Of a DNA stretch of 64,000 nucleotides, positions 10,557-22,763 are shown piece by piece (positions within the stretch are counted from its first letter, which is position 1; every line of letters starts with the position of its first letter). The stretch is from Microbotryum violaceum (Eukaryota). The translations under genes were made by a program, and so were the position numbers. Below the pieces are notes generated by a model, which was not told the DNA's origin, made no database searches, and was given only the letters and a program-made list of their open reading frames with translations. The stretch spans positions 62,001 to 126,000 of the forward strand of contig CDLV01000020.1 in assembly GCA_001244265.2 (NCBI GenBank), read 5' to 3'.

Positions 10557-13500
10557 GAAGTCTCCTCGAGGCTTCAAGTGGTGGCCAGCAAGGATGTCTT
10601 TCAGCTTTGCCGCATCGAACTTTGAGTCCGTGATGTAGTATGCTTTCATTGCATCCCGGTATTTGGAATGCAAGTGGGTCCATGGTGAAGGATTGTCTAG
10701 AAATCCTTTCCAATCAAGTACTGTGGCATGCTCAGGCTTGCTTGGGTCTGTTTGCGCAACAAGTGGCGTTGCAGCCTTCTTGCGCAATTGTTCGGTGCGT
10801 CGGGCATGGACGCCCATGATCTGCAGGGCCGGTTCTGACTGGCTTGCTGCTGAATCAGTGTCTGAATCAATCATCATCATTCCCAGTTTATGGTTCTCGT
10901 GGTGCCTTGAGCGTTGAGATGCTCCCTGATTCGTTTTTTCCGCATTAAAATGCTTTTTCGGGTCAGAATGCTTGCCGCCTGAAGCAGCAGAAGCACTTGC
11001 TTTCCCACCCCGGGTGTCTGATTTCCTGGTCGCTTTTCGCAATCGTCGGTTCATGGCTAGACCGCTCGTTGCTGCTTCGTAATTGGGTATACGTTCATGC
11101 GGCGGTAGCTTGGCTGTCATGACACTGTTCTGTTGGATGTTGAAAAGTACTTTGGCTTCTCGCACAATTGCGCTCATTCTGGTCCACGTCACTCTATGAT
11201 CTCCCCTGAAGTGCTGAACATGCACAATCAGACAAGGATCCAGAGTGTCGCAGAGTTTGCGGGTCGTGTCTCGTTCGCTCGTAGACGAACGCTCTTGCGA
11301 GACTTGCGTGATTTCACGGATGACCTCAGCCGTCAGTTGAAGACTGCCGTCTGGCCGTTCTTGATGAATGTTTCGCCACCTGGTTTCCGCTTCTCTGTGC
11401 GCAGTTGGTGACACGAAAGTCTTTTCAAACTTCCGTGTCACCCTGCTGAGTGGGTATGGGCAGGTTTTGCGACCTTCACCACGACTTGGCCAATCTTTGT
11501 TCATCCGTTCTCGCCATTCGGCGTAGGTTTGCTTTGCTAGCCCTTCCAAGCACATTTGAATGTATGGAATGGCAGCGTACGTCTCAGGATCAATCCGCAT
11601 CGTGTGCAAAAATGATTTGACGTTGCGTGTCCAGTTTCTCAAGGTAATTGGGCGATTGTCTGATCCGCTGTACTTCGTCGGAGTCTCGATTTTCGGGCGC
11701 GGGGCACGTTCTTCTCGCTCATAGCGATCAGATGACTCGTGATGACGGTCACGAGCATGCCTTCGCGGTCTCGATGCTCCTTCCCGACGGGATCTTCGGG
11801 GTTCGTCATCTGACAACGACTCGCTGTCTGATGAATCAGGGTCGCTTGGTTTGCGCGCCTTTCGTTTGCTCCTTTGCGACCGGCGATCATGACGGTCGTA
11901 GTCCGACTCGCTTTCTTCCGAGGACGACGATGATGAGTCGTCATCCGAGGGGGGGTCAATGAACGCGCCTCTGCGTGGTGTGTAAGCAGCTTGAGAAGCG
12001 GCTTTTCGCCTGGCTTTGCGATCATTGCTCGGGGTCTTGGGGTCTTGGTGAGCCGGCTGCTTGCCGCGGCTCGGCTTCGATTCGTTTCGGAGGGGCGCCT
12101 CCTGACTTGCGTGTTGGGCAAGGTTCTGAGTCGGGGCTGCTTCTGACGCGGCCTCTCGTCGTTCTCCCTGGTATCGATCTTCACTTGAAAGTGAGACCGA
12201 TCTGGGTTCGTTCGTTTTCACGGATTTTTTCTCCAATTCTGTGCGAAATGCCGTGGTATGATCCGGTTCGTCATACGAATTGAAGTTCATTTTGTATGAT
12301 CCCCCATAATAGGACCAACCTGACTTTTCTCTCTCTAAGATTGTGCAGGTTGATATCACCCAACGAGTAGCGTCTCGGCCGGTTGGGTGTCAGGTATCTC
12401 TTCAGCAAGGTGTCTGTTTGCTTGCGAAGTCGGGTTCGTATCTCTGGAGAAGGTCTGTGATGTCTCCTGAGATGTTTCTCTGGCTAGGCCAGTGGGTTCG
12501 TGCGCGATAATCGTGGAATCACTTCCATCGATCGAGCGGTCATTGGAGCCTGAGTCACCAGGCTCGGTCTGTGAGGCTGAGTTTTTTCAACTCTGGAATC
12601 AGCAGCATCCTTGATGTCAAGGACTTTCGTGCTGCTACTGGCTTCCATCCTGAGATGGGGGTACCCACCAGTTCGTTCTCGGTTCGGCATCGGTGCCGAA
12701 ACATGTCGGTTTTCTCGGGCGAGGTCATCGGCCCGTGTTGACATTGGAAGCCTTGGCATCGCTGCTCGGGCACCAATTAGTGATGGTGAATCATCACTTC
12801 GTGCCACACCCTTGTCTTTTTTGGGTGCAGCTAGGGTCTCCTCTTTTGAGGTAGTTGAGTGAGAGGTAGCTAACCTCATACTCGGGTTTTGTAGCGAAGT
12901 GGTAAACACATGTTTGCTTCTGTTGTGGCCATGTTATCTTCAAGTATACGAGGGTTAATTACGTCCTCTACTCAAATCATTTACTTTGTCCAGCGAAGCA
13001 ACGTGGTCAATCTCCAAAAGAGAGGTCTGTGCCTTTCCACTCAGGAGTGAAAATTGGCACATCGTGCTACTCGCGACGACACGAGGTCGAGGCTTTTGCA
13101 ACGAGGTTCTGTTGCTAAGCAACGTTTTTCTGTATGTTACCAGATCAGATACACCATTCTTCAAGGCAGACAACTTCTTCAGAAGTCAGCCCAAGAGGTA
13201 CTATGCGAAGTATCTTGAGACTGCTGGCGGTAAGGGTTGTCGATCGGCTTGTCCGCCAGCGACGGTTCGGTGTCGAGTTCGGGGTTGCTGAAGTCCAATA
13301 ATAAAAAAATGTGAGGCCGGTGGCCTTACAGAAGGATCGCGAGTACTGGGCCGATCAATTCGTCGTATTCGTTGTCCTTGAAGAGGTATTGTAGACTGTA
13401 TTTTGGTTTCAGGGTCGCTTCGAATGAATGTGTTCCTCTAAGAGGGAGGGAGAGGACCGAAACTGAACTACACAAAAGGGGGAAACCGGCCAATAATGGT

Positions 13501-13575
13501 CCAATATTCGGTTAGCCGGGTTTTGGCCAGATTCAGTCGTTGGTCATGCGCGTGCAAGGCCGCTCAGGCCTCACA
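10557..13575 (-). mobile_element. Ty3/Gypsy-like element: 5' LTR (13310-13575) and a long disrupted gag, with pol missing
   Basis: The LTR has 9-bp inverted termini TGTGAGGCC...GGCCTCACA followed by a T7 run. ORF 10527-12359 has an acidic/basic low-complexity region, then the gag-like core PKIETPTKYSGSDNR...RNWTRNVKSFL...CLEGLAKQTY. Upstream frames are broken and the 3' end is cut at 10556. Confidence 0.7.
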
Positions 13576-13671
13576 GAGTCTATTTCCCGACAAGGCTTAA
13601 GGCTAGATGCCCGTCAGGCCTTGAGTAACTACGGAGTATTACACTGGCTTCTTGGTGTTGTGCACCCTCAC

Positions 13672-16358
13672 CTATTGGAAGGTTTTACTTCCGCACTCAC
13701 ATGGTTTCTGTGATATGCTGCTGCAGCGCTCTTTGCTCAATTTGAATCTTGCCGTGCCCGCAGCATTGCCACAAGCCGCGTCCTCCGTGATTGTTGTACC
13801 AAGCTTGTCCACCCAGGGCTCTTCATATCCGCGGATGGGCCCAGCAAACGGCATACCACAAAAGTTGAAGTATTAAAATGCTTGTCAGAATAACCTTCAA
13901 CATACAAGTCCCTAGTTTAAGATTTGCTTGCACACAAGCACTGTTCAGCATTGTCAGCTGCATAGCTGCAAAGCTGGTCCAATGAGACACCCCCTTCAAC
14001 CAGACACCCTTGAAGCCATCCAAAGCGCTGTGTGAATTTGAGCCTGTGATAGAGGCTGTTGTGGATTGTACTAAGGCTCTCACACTGTGGGAGGAAAGCA
14101 GTGTAGCCTCCTTCTATAATGTGTCTACTTCCTGACCCCTGGCCCATCCAAGACAATCACGCCTCAGTGGGTGCACACACATGTGGACACTAACACCAGA
14201 CTCACCAGGAGCATGTCCTTACCCATCCTCTGAGCTTTGCGGGCATTGAGCAGCCACAAAAGCCCCAAGCCTCCCTGGGACGTGTGCACATTGGTGTGCT
14301 GTAATCCACCAAGCTGGTTGACCAGCAAAGTTGCGACCTCCAATACAACCCAGCCGGTTTGCTGGCACTCCACTGAAGTAAGAAGGGCAAGACTTTGACC
14401 TTGGAGCAACACCTGGAGAGCTTGTTCCAACGCAACCACACTCAGGGCTGTTGGTGCAAGGGCAAGATAAGCAGGTGGTGGAAGAACCATTGCTAGAAGG
14501 TTAATCATGGACAAAGTCTAGGGTCAAGATACAGTGGGGATCAATTTAAGCTGTCCATGGAAGCAAACCTCCACTGTCATTGTCCCTACCTTTGCAATGA
14601 GGATTGGCCAAGCTTGAAATTCTTTGACAAGTAACCTCCGTTGTCGCGATGGGTTTTGTGCAGCAATTTGAAGTGTACGGATGAGTTGGAGCCCCAACTG
14701 ATGCGCCCATCCCAGAATTTTGCGAGCAGGAGCATCCCATGTTTCCTCCATTGTGCGTAGGTCCAGAAGTTGCTGCCAGATTGTGGGGTCAAGGCCAGTC
14801 ATTTCGAATAAAAATGATGAGACCAGTGAGATTGGTGTCAACGAGCCCATGCATGCCCCATCAGACCAAATAATGCTCTAATGAAGAAAAAGAAGAAAAA
14901 AGGACGGAATTTCAATCAGCTGTGTTGTGAACAGGTGCATACCAAATAGATTCCACCCACCTGCCAAATTGAGCGTGCATAGGGCTGCACAAGCATTTGT
15001 TGAGTGCAACCCTGGGAGTTCCACTCCACAAGATCATGCCAAGACGCTGTTCTCAAAAACTGCTGCCATGTTTGCACCGAGCCAAGGAGGTTGGCAACAA
15101 GAAGGCGCAATTGATCCCATGCTTTGCTGCTGCAGAATTGAGCAGTGCAGCCTGGTGGATGAGGACTAGGTGGTGGGGACTGAGAGGAGAAAATTGCGAG
15201 CAGCTGTGCTTGTGGTTGGAAGCAAGTTGCATGATGGGAGTTCTTGTTCCAGTGTTGCGCTAGCGGGATAAAGTGGGCCACGCACCCCAAGCGATGCTGG
15301 CCTACGTATGGACCTATTTGGGATGGGGTGGCTAGTATGGCATACGCGGACATCAGGTGCTATGAATGCAAAACAGAAGCCAGTCAGCACATATGATCCA
15401 TCTGTAGAACAGCCGGCTAAACCCACAATTCGAAGTTGAAGGCGGGCCGCAATAGCATTGCAGAGGGTGGGGTCGCAAAAGTCCACTCGCAGCAAGTTGG
15501 CCAAGGTGACGTCAAGACGGTGCTCGATATCCTTGGTTGTGACATCGGCTTTTCCATCCTTGGTTGTTGCGAGGACATGATTACTGCCGGCTTGCAGAAG
15601 GGATTCGAAGTCCAGCCCTCCGAGACCAAGATGAACATCCTCGTGCTGCGGTCATGAGCGGATGGGCCATCAGAAGTGACAGTCATACAAACAGAAGGAT
15701 CAAAATAATCGACTAACCTCATAAACTTGCGCCTTACACAGCTCTTGCCAGATCATGTGAATGCAGTGGGTGATAGACAACAGCATCTCGAGCAAGATGG
15801 ATGTCCATATCGACGGGGAAGCTGCGGCGGTCGAAGCTAGATCTGCAAGTGCGGTGGGCCGTAGGTATTGACACTCGAAGACCGTAGAAGCCAGCGGGGA
15901 GCCGTCAAGAAACTTCATCTGTGAAGAATCAGGGTCAATTTTGAGATCTCCGGCCCAGGCCTTGGCCCGAGCAGTATCGAAAGACCCTGAGGCGGCACTT
16001 ACCTCAAGGCACAGCAGCTTGTCCAAGACCCAGATCAGTTCTCGAGGCGTCATTTCGTGCGTTGGATCAAAAGGAGGTAGGTTCGAGAACACTGAGGACT
16101 GCTGGTGGAGCAAATAGGAGTCGGTTCGCGGATCCATAATCTGAGGAACAAGTGTAAAGCGGATGGGAAGTGGTCAGCAATCGCGGGACGGGCTAGATGC
16201 ACGACAAGAGATGGAGTCAGAGCAGAATGTACCTCAATGGCACCCATCAGGTCGAGCAAGCTACTTTGCTTGGCTTTGATCATCTGTCCCGCCTTCAAGT
16301 CGCATCGTGCGGCGTCGAGCACGCACATGACGCTCGCCCAGCCTGGTGGTGCCGTCAT
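13672..16358 (-). CDS. MAK10: NatC N-acetyltransferase auxiliary subunit Mak10/NAA35-like (multi-exon; 3' half possibly degenerate, 3' end approximate)
   Basis: Motifs LKAGQMIKAKQSSLLDLMGAIE-[intron]-IMDPRTDS, TPRELIWVLDKLLCLE, FLDGSPLASTVF, VYE, QNPSRQRRLL and FTQRFGWL match the Mak10 family pattern. GT-AG introns are present. Confidence 0.8.
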
Positions 16359-16697
16359 GCTTGCGAAATCGGAGAGGCCGATTCGAGATTACTGCATCTA
16401 TCGAGAGGTAAAAATAGCGAACAAAACGATGTGAACCATCAGTGACCCGGACAGTGCGAGACCTTTGGGGCGAAGGTAGGCCTCATGCCCCGCCGCGAGG
16501 CTGCCTTGCAATCGCACGGGCCGGTGGACAGCTGACGCAGGACCCCCGAAAGCCCAGCCATATGCGGGAGGGACACGACACCTCGGGCAGACAAAAAAAA
16601 ACGCCTCAACAGGCGCGCGCGCAGCGCGTCAGGCGGAGCTCTGCTGTAGAAGCAACATGAGACAATGCTTCCACTCATATTGCATTTAATGAACCGC

Positions 16698-19229
16698 TTT
16701 TTTTTTTTGTAGAAAACGTTCATCATATTGCCCCCAGTTCCTGTTCCCCCTGTTTTGGCCTACGGAAAAACTAGATGGAAGACTACGATGATAACACAAA
16801 CCGCCCGCAAAAGTGCGAGAAACGAGCCAAGTCCACCAATCCGAGATTCGGATTCAAATGCCCTAGCCAAGCGGTTGCTCCCCCCAGGAGACTAATGAGA
16901 GAGAGAAAGAGAGATGAAGAGAAAAAGAAAGAAAAGAAATGTACTAACGACAGAAGGCCCACCCCACAGCCACTTCCCACTCGGTCGAGACGAAGACAAG
17001 AGCACGACTGCGCAACCACCACGACCCTCGACGCTCCAAGTCTCTGCTCAGTCACAACAAGACGCGGTGAAGGTCCCTCAAAACCTCCCCATCGGCAGTC
17101 CCTGGCCCCTCAAAGCCGACTTTCTGCCTGTGTCCGCTGATCCCTCCCTTGACTCAGAACCCCGAAGCCGAAGAGCGCGAGCCACACCGAGTCGACGCCA
17201 AATCGCGAGATGGTCCATGATCCGCAACGATGAACCTGTAACAAATGAAAGATGAAAGCGATCTATTTAGTGTACAGTAGGAGAAAATGATGTCACGAGA
17301 ATTTGGTGTGTGTGTGTGTGTAGTGGTGGTGGGGGGAAAGTCGAACCCAGCCTCTACTGCCCTCTCCTCCCCAAGCTCCTCCCGCCCTCAGCTTCAACCT
17401 CTCCTCCAAGATGATCCTCCTCCTCCCAACACCCTCCATCCTCGTCCCCCACTTTTGCATCCCCCACCTCCCACTGCTGATCATCTCCAAGACCAGCCCG
17501 GTGAATATTTCGATCGTCCTCCCCGCTCCTTCTTGATCGCGTAGACTGGCCTTGAGCTTCGGAAGTCCGAACGTGCGTTGAACAGCCGTGTAATGCGTGT
17601 TGTCGATCGTGTCGAGCCCCAGTGCGTCGCAGAGCACGCTCCTTGCCGCGATCCAAACGTTCCCAGAGTCAACGCAGTCGAAAAAGTAGTGGTCGGTGTC
17701 GTCCACCGGCGCTTTGCAGACGAGGCACGCGGGAGAAGTGTCGTGATTCTGTTGGTGTTGCAGCTTGCGCGTCGGGGTGAAGCGGAGAATCAGCTTGAAC
17801 CAAACTTCCCTCTCCCTCGCCGTCAGTGCCTTCGAGTTGACCGCCTTCCAAAAGCTCCTGAGGTCGTCCGGCTGCGGTGGTCCCTTGAGCCCGAGCGTGT
17901 TGGTAAAGGCCTTCGCGTTCAGGACCCGGCGGATGCGACGGATGGTGTACGGTCGAGCCATGTTCAGCAGCTTGTACTGGCTCGCCTGCTGTGGAAGCAC
18001 CGGGTCCGGAAGGCGCTGCTCCATTGCGAAGCGGGCCACGGGCTTGGGGAGAATCGCCTCGAGCGGTGCGCTGGTGCCGATCCGGGGAGGCACGTTGAGC
18101 CGTCCTGCCGCCACCGCCACCGCCAAGGGCGTGTTCTTGTGTCGATCGACAGTAAACCGGTACCAGGCCGCGATTGCCAGTCGCTGCGGGAGCCCGCGTC
18201 GATCGTACTCGCTGTTGTCGCCGAGCACATCCGCCGGCGGCGTCCAAAGGTGAAACCCCCCACCCGCATACAACTCGCGCCGGTAGAGATCCGCCACCTT
18301 CGGGTAGCCCTGGAGACGAAGGTAGTCAGGTATATGAACCGCGTCGATGGTCTGTCTCCCTCTGATGGGGGTGTGGAGGCTGCCGAGCAAGGTGGGAAGC
18401 GCGAGCAGGTTCGCGGTGGTCAAGGTCCTCGGGTTGACCTGCGCGTCTTGCTGTTTCGGAACCCCCAATGCTGCTCGCCATCGGGGATGGAGGTCGCTGG
18501 GGATGGGAGTGGATGGATGTGGCCAGAGATCGGTGGCCAGGTCGAGGTCGGACTGAGCTCGCTGGAGTGCCACGCGCGCAAGTCCTTGCCAGATCGCGCC
18601 CGAACCGCCGAGAAGAACGTCCCAGATCCGTGCCGCAACCGCGTCCACGACGTCCTGCATCCTGATCACCCCGAGTCCCCCCTTGAGCTTGGCTGTGAAC
18701 ACGATATCTCTGCCGTAGCTGGTCCTGCCCTTGCCCCCACGGACGAAATCGACGAGCATGTCATCGAGCTTCTTGACGACTTCGGGCGGCGGGATGTCGG
18801 CTGCAAGGAAGTGCAGGATCTTGGGGATGGCGTGCCGATTGACGTAAAAGGCACGGGTGTGGTGTGTGAGCCAGCGATGCTGAACCCCTTCCAGCGTCGC
18901 CTCGAGGCGTTCGATGAGATTCGCGTAGGCGAGTTCGGTGTCGCCGCTCGGGTCGAAGGGGAGGCCGATCCACTCGAGCGACTCGCCTGCGGCCTTGACG
19001 ACGAGCGGGCGTTGCCCCGGGTCCCAGCGGCGTCCGATCGGTAGGACGACCGTCTTGTCCGTGTTGAGCCGGCCATTCGTTGCATGCCTCCAGTCGAGCG
19101 CCAGGTCATCGAGCAAGTTGAGTGACGCCAAGCCCGCGACGGCGACGACAACGTCATCGGCAAAAGGAGAGGCACCTCTACTTCAGGGAGCGCATATTGT
19201 CCTAGAAGTGAGATGGAGGGAGGTTCAAC
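16698..19229 (-). mobile_element. 5'-truncated non-LTR retrotransposon (Tx1/L1-like LINE)
   Basis: Poly(A) tail is seen as T11 at 16698-16708, with TSD ACCGC (16693-16697) / ACCAC (19230-19234). The ORF starts at the RT FADD motif (~19165) and continues through LNTDKT, KGGLGV and the C-terminal zinc finger CLVC-x7-HYFFDC. Confidence 0.9.
17293..19170 (-). pseudogene. LINE ORF2 C-terminal part (RT end and zf-RVT-like finger)
   Basis: The 612-aa ORF-track frame extends upstream to FADDVVVAV. The endonuclease and most of the RT are missing. Confidence 0.85.
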
Positions 19230-19934
19230 ACCACAAGCGCGTGGCTTTCCTTGTCTCATGTCAGCGACAAAAAGAAGGAAAATACTGGGAGCGCTGTAGC
19301 TTCGTTGGAACGGCGCGGAAATACAAAAGTCACCACAGCGCTAGTACATGACTTCTGATCGGAACATGGACACCACAGGCAGGTGCGGCAGACACAACAG
19401 TATGCTGGTACATCCACCACAGGCGGCCCGGAGGCCGCAACCGACTCAAGAATAGTGATTTTAGGTACATTCCTTAACTCACCTATGTTTTTATATAGAG
19501 GTAGTAACTAGGACCCGACGGACGCCGCAGACAGTTGCATACAAAGATCTACTTTGACTATTAGTGTCTGCATTTGCTGTCAGGTATGCGCCTCTGATGG
19601 GCATAAAATACAATGGTCTTTTCAGCTTTTGCAGCAAGAATTTGACGCGCCGATTCAGGCTCGCACGCACGGACCCTTTCTCCCCCGTGGATGCTATAGC
19701 TCTCCAGCTGTGTGTTGTTCGACGTCCGGCCAGCTTGCTTTGTCACGAAGTTCAGCTCAGCCAAAGACTACAAATGAAGTGTAATGCGGTGCTAAGCATT
19801 CAAGCTTTTTCTTTGGAAGCGGACCTGAGATCTGATTTTCACCGGAACTGTTTCAACACGCTGGTTCTCGGCAATGGACGTGGGGGGTGCGGGCGGCCGG
19901 CGGCCGGGTGGCCGGAAGCGACATTCTAGGGTGC

Positions 19935-20451
19935 TGTCAGAGTCAAGACCCAAACAAGGGAAGTAACAATGATAGGATAGAACGAAAAGGGGATGGAAGA
20001 TCTACCCAATGTTGTACCGCACAGGATTCAACGTCGATAGCACTTTGGCCGGGGTGCGCGTGCATGGAAGATGAAGATTGGGAAGCGAAGTTCGAAGATA
20101 GAATGCTGAAGGATAATTTGGGTCAAGGTGTGGGAACACTACGGATTGAATATTACAACTGAGAAGAAAGGAAAGAGAGAGAGAGAAAAGCTACGAAGAG
20201 AGACTAAATACTCCGGCCACCGGATATTCTAATTGCCGAGCTGGCACGGACGTTCAGGGGTTGGTTCGCACATTGTTCGCATCCGAAGAGGGAACCGCAA
20301 TGTGCTGTGCAAATGGTTCGCATCCGGAGAGGGAACCGGAGAGGGTACCGTGGTGTCTTTGGTTACGAGGTAGCGTCCGAAGAGGGTACCGTGATGTCTC
20401 GAGGGGGGAGTTTGGGTGAGAAGGGGTCGCTTGGAGATTCTGACTATGACA
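19935..20451. mobile_element. Solo LTR (517 bp)
   Basis: TGTCA...TGACA inverted termini, flanked by a perfect 5-bp TSD GGTGC (19930-19934 and 20452-20456). Confidence 0.85.
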
Positions 20452-20761
20452 GGTGCCAGAGGAGCGTCCAGTAATAACAAGGCACTGAGTCTTAGCTCCT
20501 CGTCCACAAAATTGGCGACACCAATCGCATTGCCTCCAGTAAGTCAGATGAGCCACTAGATCCTGTAGAGTGGGCTTCTATGGTAGGATGCGGGAGGTTG
20601 CATGGCCGTGCTTCAGACTGCGGCTTGCATTATGGGCTAGCATCTTGGCACAGAATGTAGAGACCTCCAGAATATATGTGTGGAGGTTGGCATGGGCACA
20701 CGGAGCAGCAACAGGTCCAAACCTCAAGATCAGGAGATATTCTGCATTTGCAAAGCTACTG

Positions 20762-21850
20762 TTACCTGCACTCAGCCCACCGCGCGTCTTCAGCTAGAAA
20801 CCGATACCACAAGCTCACAACAGGGATAGTGCTCGCATGCCACAGAGCATGCGCATCCACAAGTCGCAGCCCAAACACTCCTATCGGCGCAAAGTCCAAA
20901 AGCTCGAGCGATGTTAAGAGAGGCAGCAATAACAAGGGTAGCACAGGCATACATGCGTGTGGAGCTCGCATTGTTTGCGATCGCGCTGCTGGTTGATGCC
21001 CAGGCGCCAGGAACATTGTATGCTCTCCTGCTGACGGGGAGTCAATCAGGATACAATGGTAGAATGACCAGGCAGACCAGAGCAGGATTGTGGCGATTGC
21101 TGTGGCGATATTGAACCTCATGTTGTAGCCATAGTCGAAGCGCTCTTTGCGTGTCAGGTACCAGCAGTGCGCGATTACGAGGAGGGCGCAAGCTACGGTC
21201 CAAGCCAATGCCACCCTCCTGGTTGTCGCCGCAAGCGTAAATGATAGACCACTTGTGCGCATGACTGCTGCCCACAAGCCGCATACCATCAGCGCCGCGG
21301 CGCCGAAGTAGTCGGCTTTTTCGGTCCATGACAAGTCGCGGGTGTGGAAAACGCAGGACCAGATCCAGGCATTGATACCGAAGAGGGCATAAACCCGGTA
21401 GACGAGGCGGGGGCTTTGAGATCCGTCGTGGTGAAATTTTGTGTGCCTTGACAGCTTCATCAGGCCTCTGTGATGAGCGACGAGATTCCCGAATGAGAAA
21501 ACCACCGACAGAGGCTCTTGAATCTTCACAGGCCCTCCAAGTCGATGGAAGGCCCATTTTCCATGATATTGCACTTGTTCCCCGAGTGGAAGGCCCTCCG
21601 TGTCGACAACATATTCCCGAGTCTCGACCGACTTGAGGGATCGGAGCGAGAGGTCGGTCAAGTGTTGCATGCAGCGATATTGGCAGTCGTCTCTGCACGA
21701 CCAGAGCAATGGGGTCGGACGCGGGCAATCGTGGGAGCAAGCATTCACACAGCGCTGGTACGAAGGGGACAAATCTCCGATGGAGCCCACGGTCGTCCGA
21801 GGCGCCAGTAGCATGGCTAGGCAAGCGAGGGTCTTGGCATTGCCCAACAT
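20762..21850 (-). CDS. PER1: GPI lipid-remodelling protein Per1/PGAP3
   Basis: Intronless 362-aa ORF with a signal peptide, Cys-rich SIGD...C..C...LLWSCRDDCQYRCM, QYHGKWAF, IQEPLSVVFS, WIWSCVFHTRD..WTEKADYF, LELLDFAP and VDAHALWH. Confidence 0.95.
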   Translation of the reverse strand: MLGNAKTLACLAMLLAPRTTVGSIGDLSPSYQRCVNACSHDCPRPTPLLWSCRDDCQYRCMQHLTDLSLRSLKSVETREYVVDTEGLPLGEQVQYHGKWAFHRLGGPVKIQEPLSVVFSFGNLVAHHRGLMKLSRHTKFHHDGSQSPRLVYRVYALFGINAWIWSCVFHTRDLSWTEKADYFGAAALMVCGLWAAVMRTSGLSFTLAATTRRVALAWTVACALLVIAHCWYLTRKERFDYGYNMRFNIATAIATILLWSAWSFYHCILIDSPSAGEHTMFLAPGHQPAARSQTMRAPHACMPVLPLLLLPLLTSLELLDFAPIGVFGLRLVDAHALWHASTIPVVSLWYRFLAEDARWAECR

Positions 21851-22411
21851 AGCTAGAGATGGACGCTACAAGATTGTCCCGATGTATCGCATGAGCATGC
21901 GTGCGCACGAACGTCACTCGCGGCGAGGCGGCTGACCCATCACTCACACTCGTCTCGTCGGCCGAATCCAGGTGGCCAGTATGATCGCCCGCTATGTCCT
22001 TGACGACTTATTCGGTGCATGTCACCCGGATGTCAGCTACTGAGATTCATGTCCGCACGACGTGGCGAAAAGTACGCACCACGCGATAGAAGGCGTTCTT
22101 CGGCTTCTGGGACGCCGGTGGTGAGATCGAACCGCGACCGACAATGTGGTCTGACGAGCCGTCAACTGGAAAGCAGGCCAATCCACTAGGAGCTTGGTTG
22201 AGGACTTTGTGCGCTGGACGGCCCTCACAAGTTGACATTCAGTGGTTCTGCCAGCGTCACGCCAGGTCACGCCACGCCGCGAGAGAGGCGTCACTAAGAG
22301 TGGTTCAGGCCTAGCGAGCGTTGCAGGCGATGCCTCGAATTGGCTTGGCTGCGCTAGTCATGCGCTACTATTTGGGCCGCCGTTTGGGCAAAAAATGGAT
22401 CTGCGCACGCG

Positions 22412-22724
22412 TGTCATCTACATTGCAGGGGCGCTCTCAACTCCAGTATGCGGAGATTGGGGGATGGGAACTCGGGCGCGCTCGGACCTCTTTAGATTCT
22501 GACTTAGATTACCCGAGGCCGCGACTAGCGCGGCTCTCTCTCTCTCTTCCCTTAACGTTCCCTATCCTCTTCTACTCGGCATCTTCGTTTGCTCACTGCG
22601 CTGCTCCTCATAGGTTATGAGCCCCAACTGACCTACCAGCTTAGAGCACGCAAGCTTCGACGAACTTCCACCGCCTTCCACCGCGAGCGTTCACCCACCC
22701 GGCCCACCCCCGCTGGCCCGCACC
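22412..22724 (+). mobile_element. Copia 5' LTR (start approximate), PBS and short leader
   Basis: ...CCTCA-TA-GGTTATGAGCCC (PBS-like, 22613-22624) is the same motif class as at 7745 and 10157. Confidence 0.55.
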
Positions 22725-22763
22725 TGTTAAATTCAATACACTCTTGCTTAGATCGATCTCCAA
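22725..22763 (+). mobile_element. First 39 bp of a Copia LTR (family of 9200-9581), cut by a Helitron end at an A|T site
   Basis: TGTTAAATTCAATACACTCTTGCTTAGATCGATCTCCAA versus TGTTGAATTCCATACACTCTTGCTTAGATCGATCTCCAA|TCCG. Confidence 0.85.

Larger units (their letters stand above)
16440..19499 (-). mobile_element. Non-autonomous Helitron-derived 5' segment, split by the LINE (left boundary approximate)
   Basis: A canonical Helitron 5' end TCTATATAAAAA lies at 19499 on the minus strand. 19255-19480 is near-identical to 25190-25398, and 16627-16697 matches 25101-25187 (partly inverted). Confidence 0.6.

Noticed and set aside
17578..19044. 488-aa plus-strand ORF
   Set aside because: It is antisense to LINE ORF2, has no recognisable motifs, and is explained by GC-rich codon bias on the opposite strand.
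21042..21947. 301-aa ORF overlapping PER1
   Set aside because: It is an alternative frame on the same strand as the clearly conserved PER1 and has no motifs.
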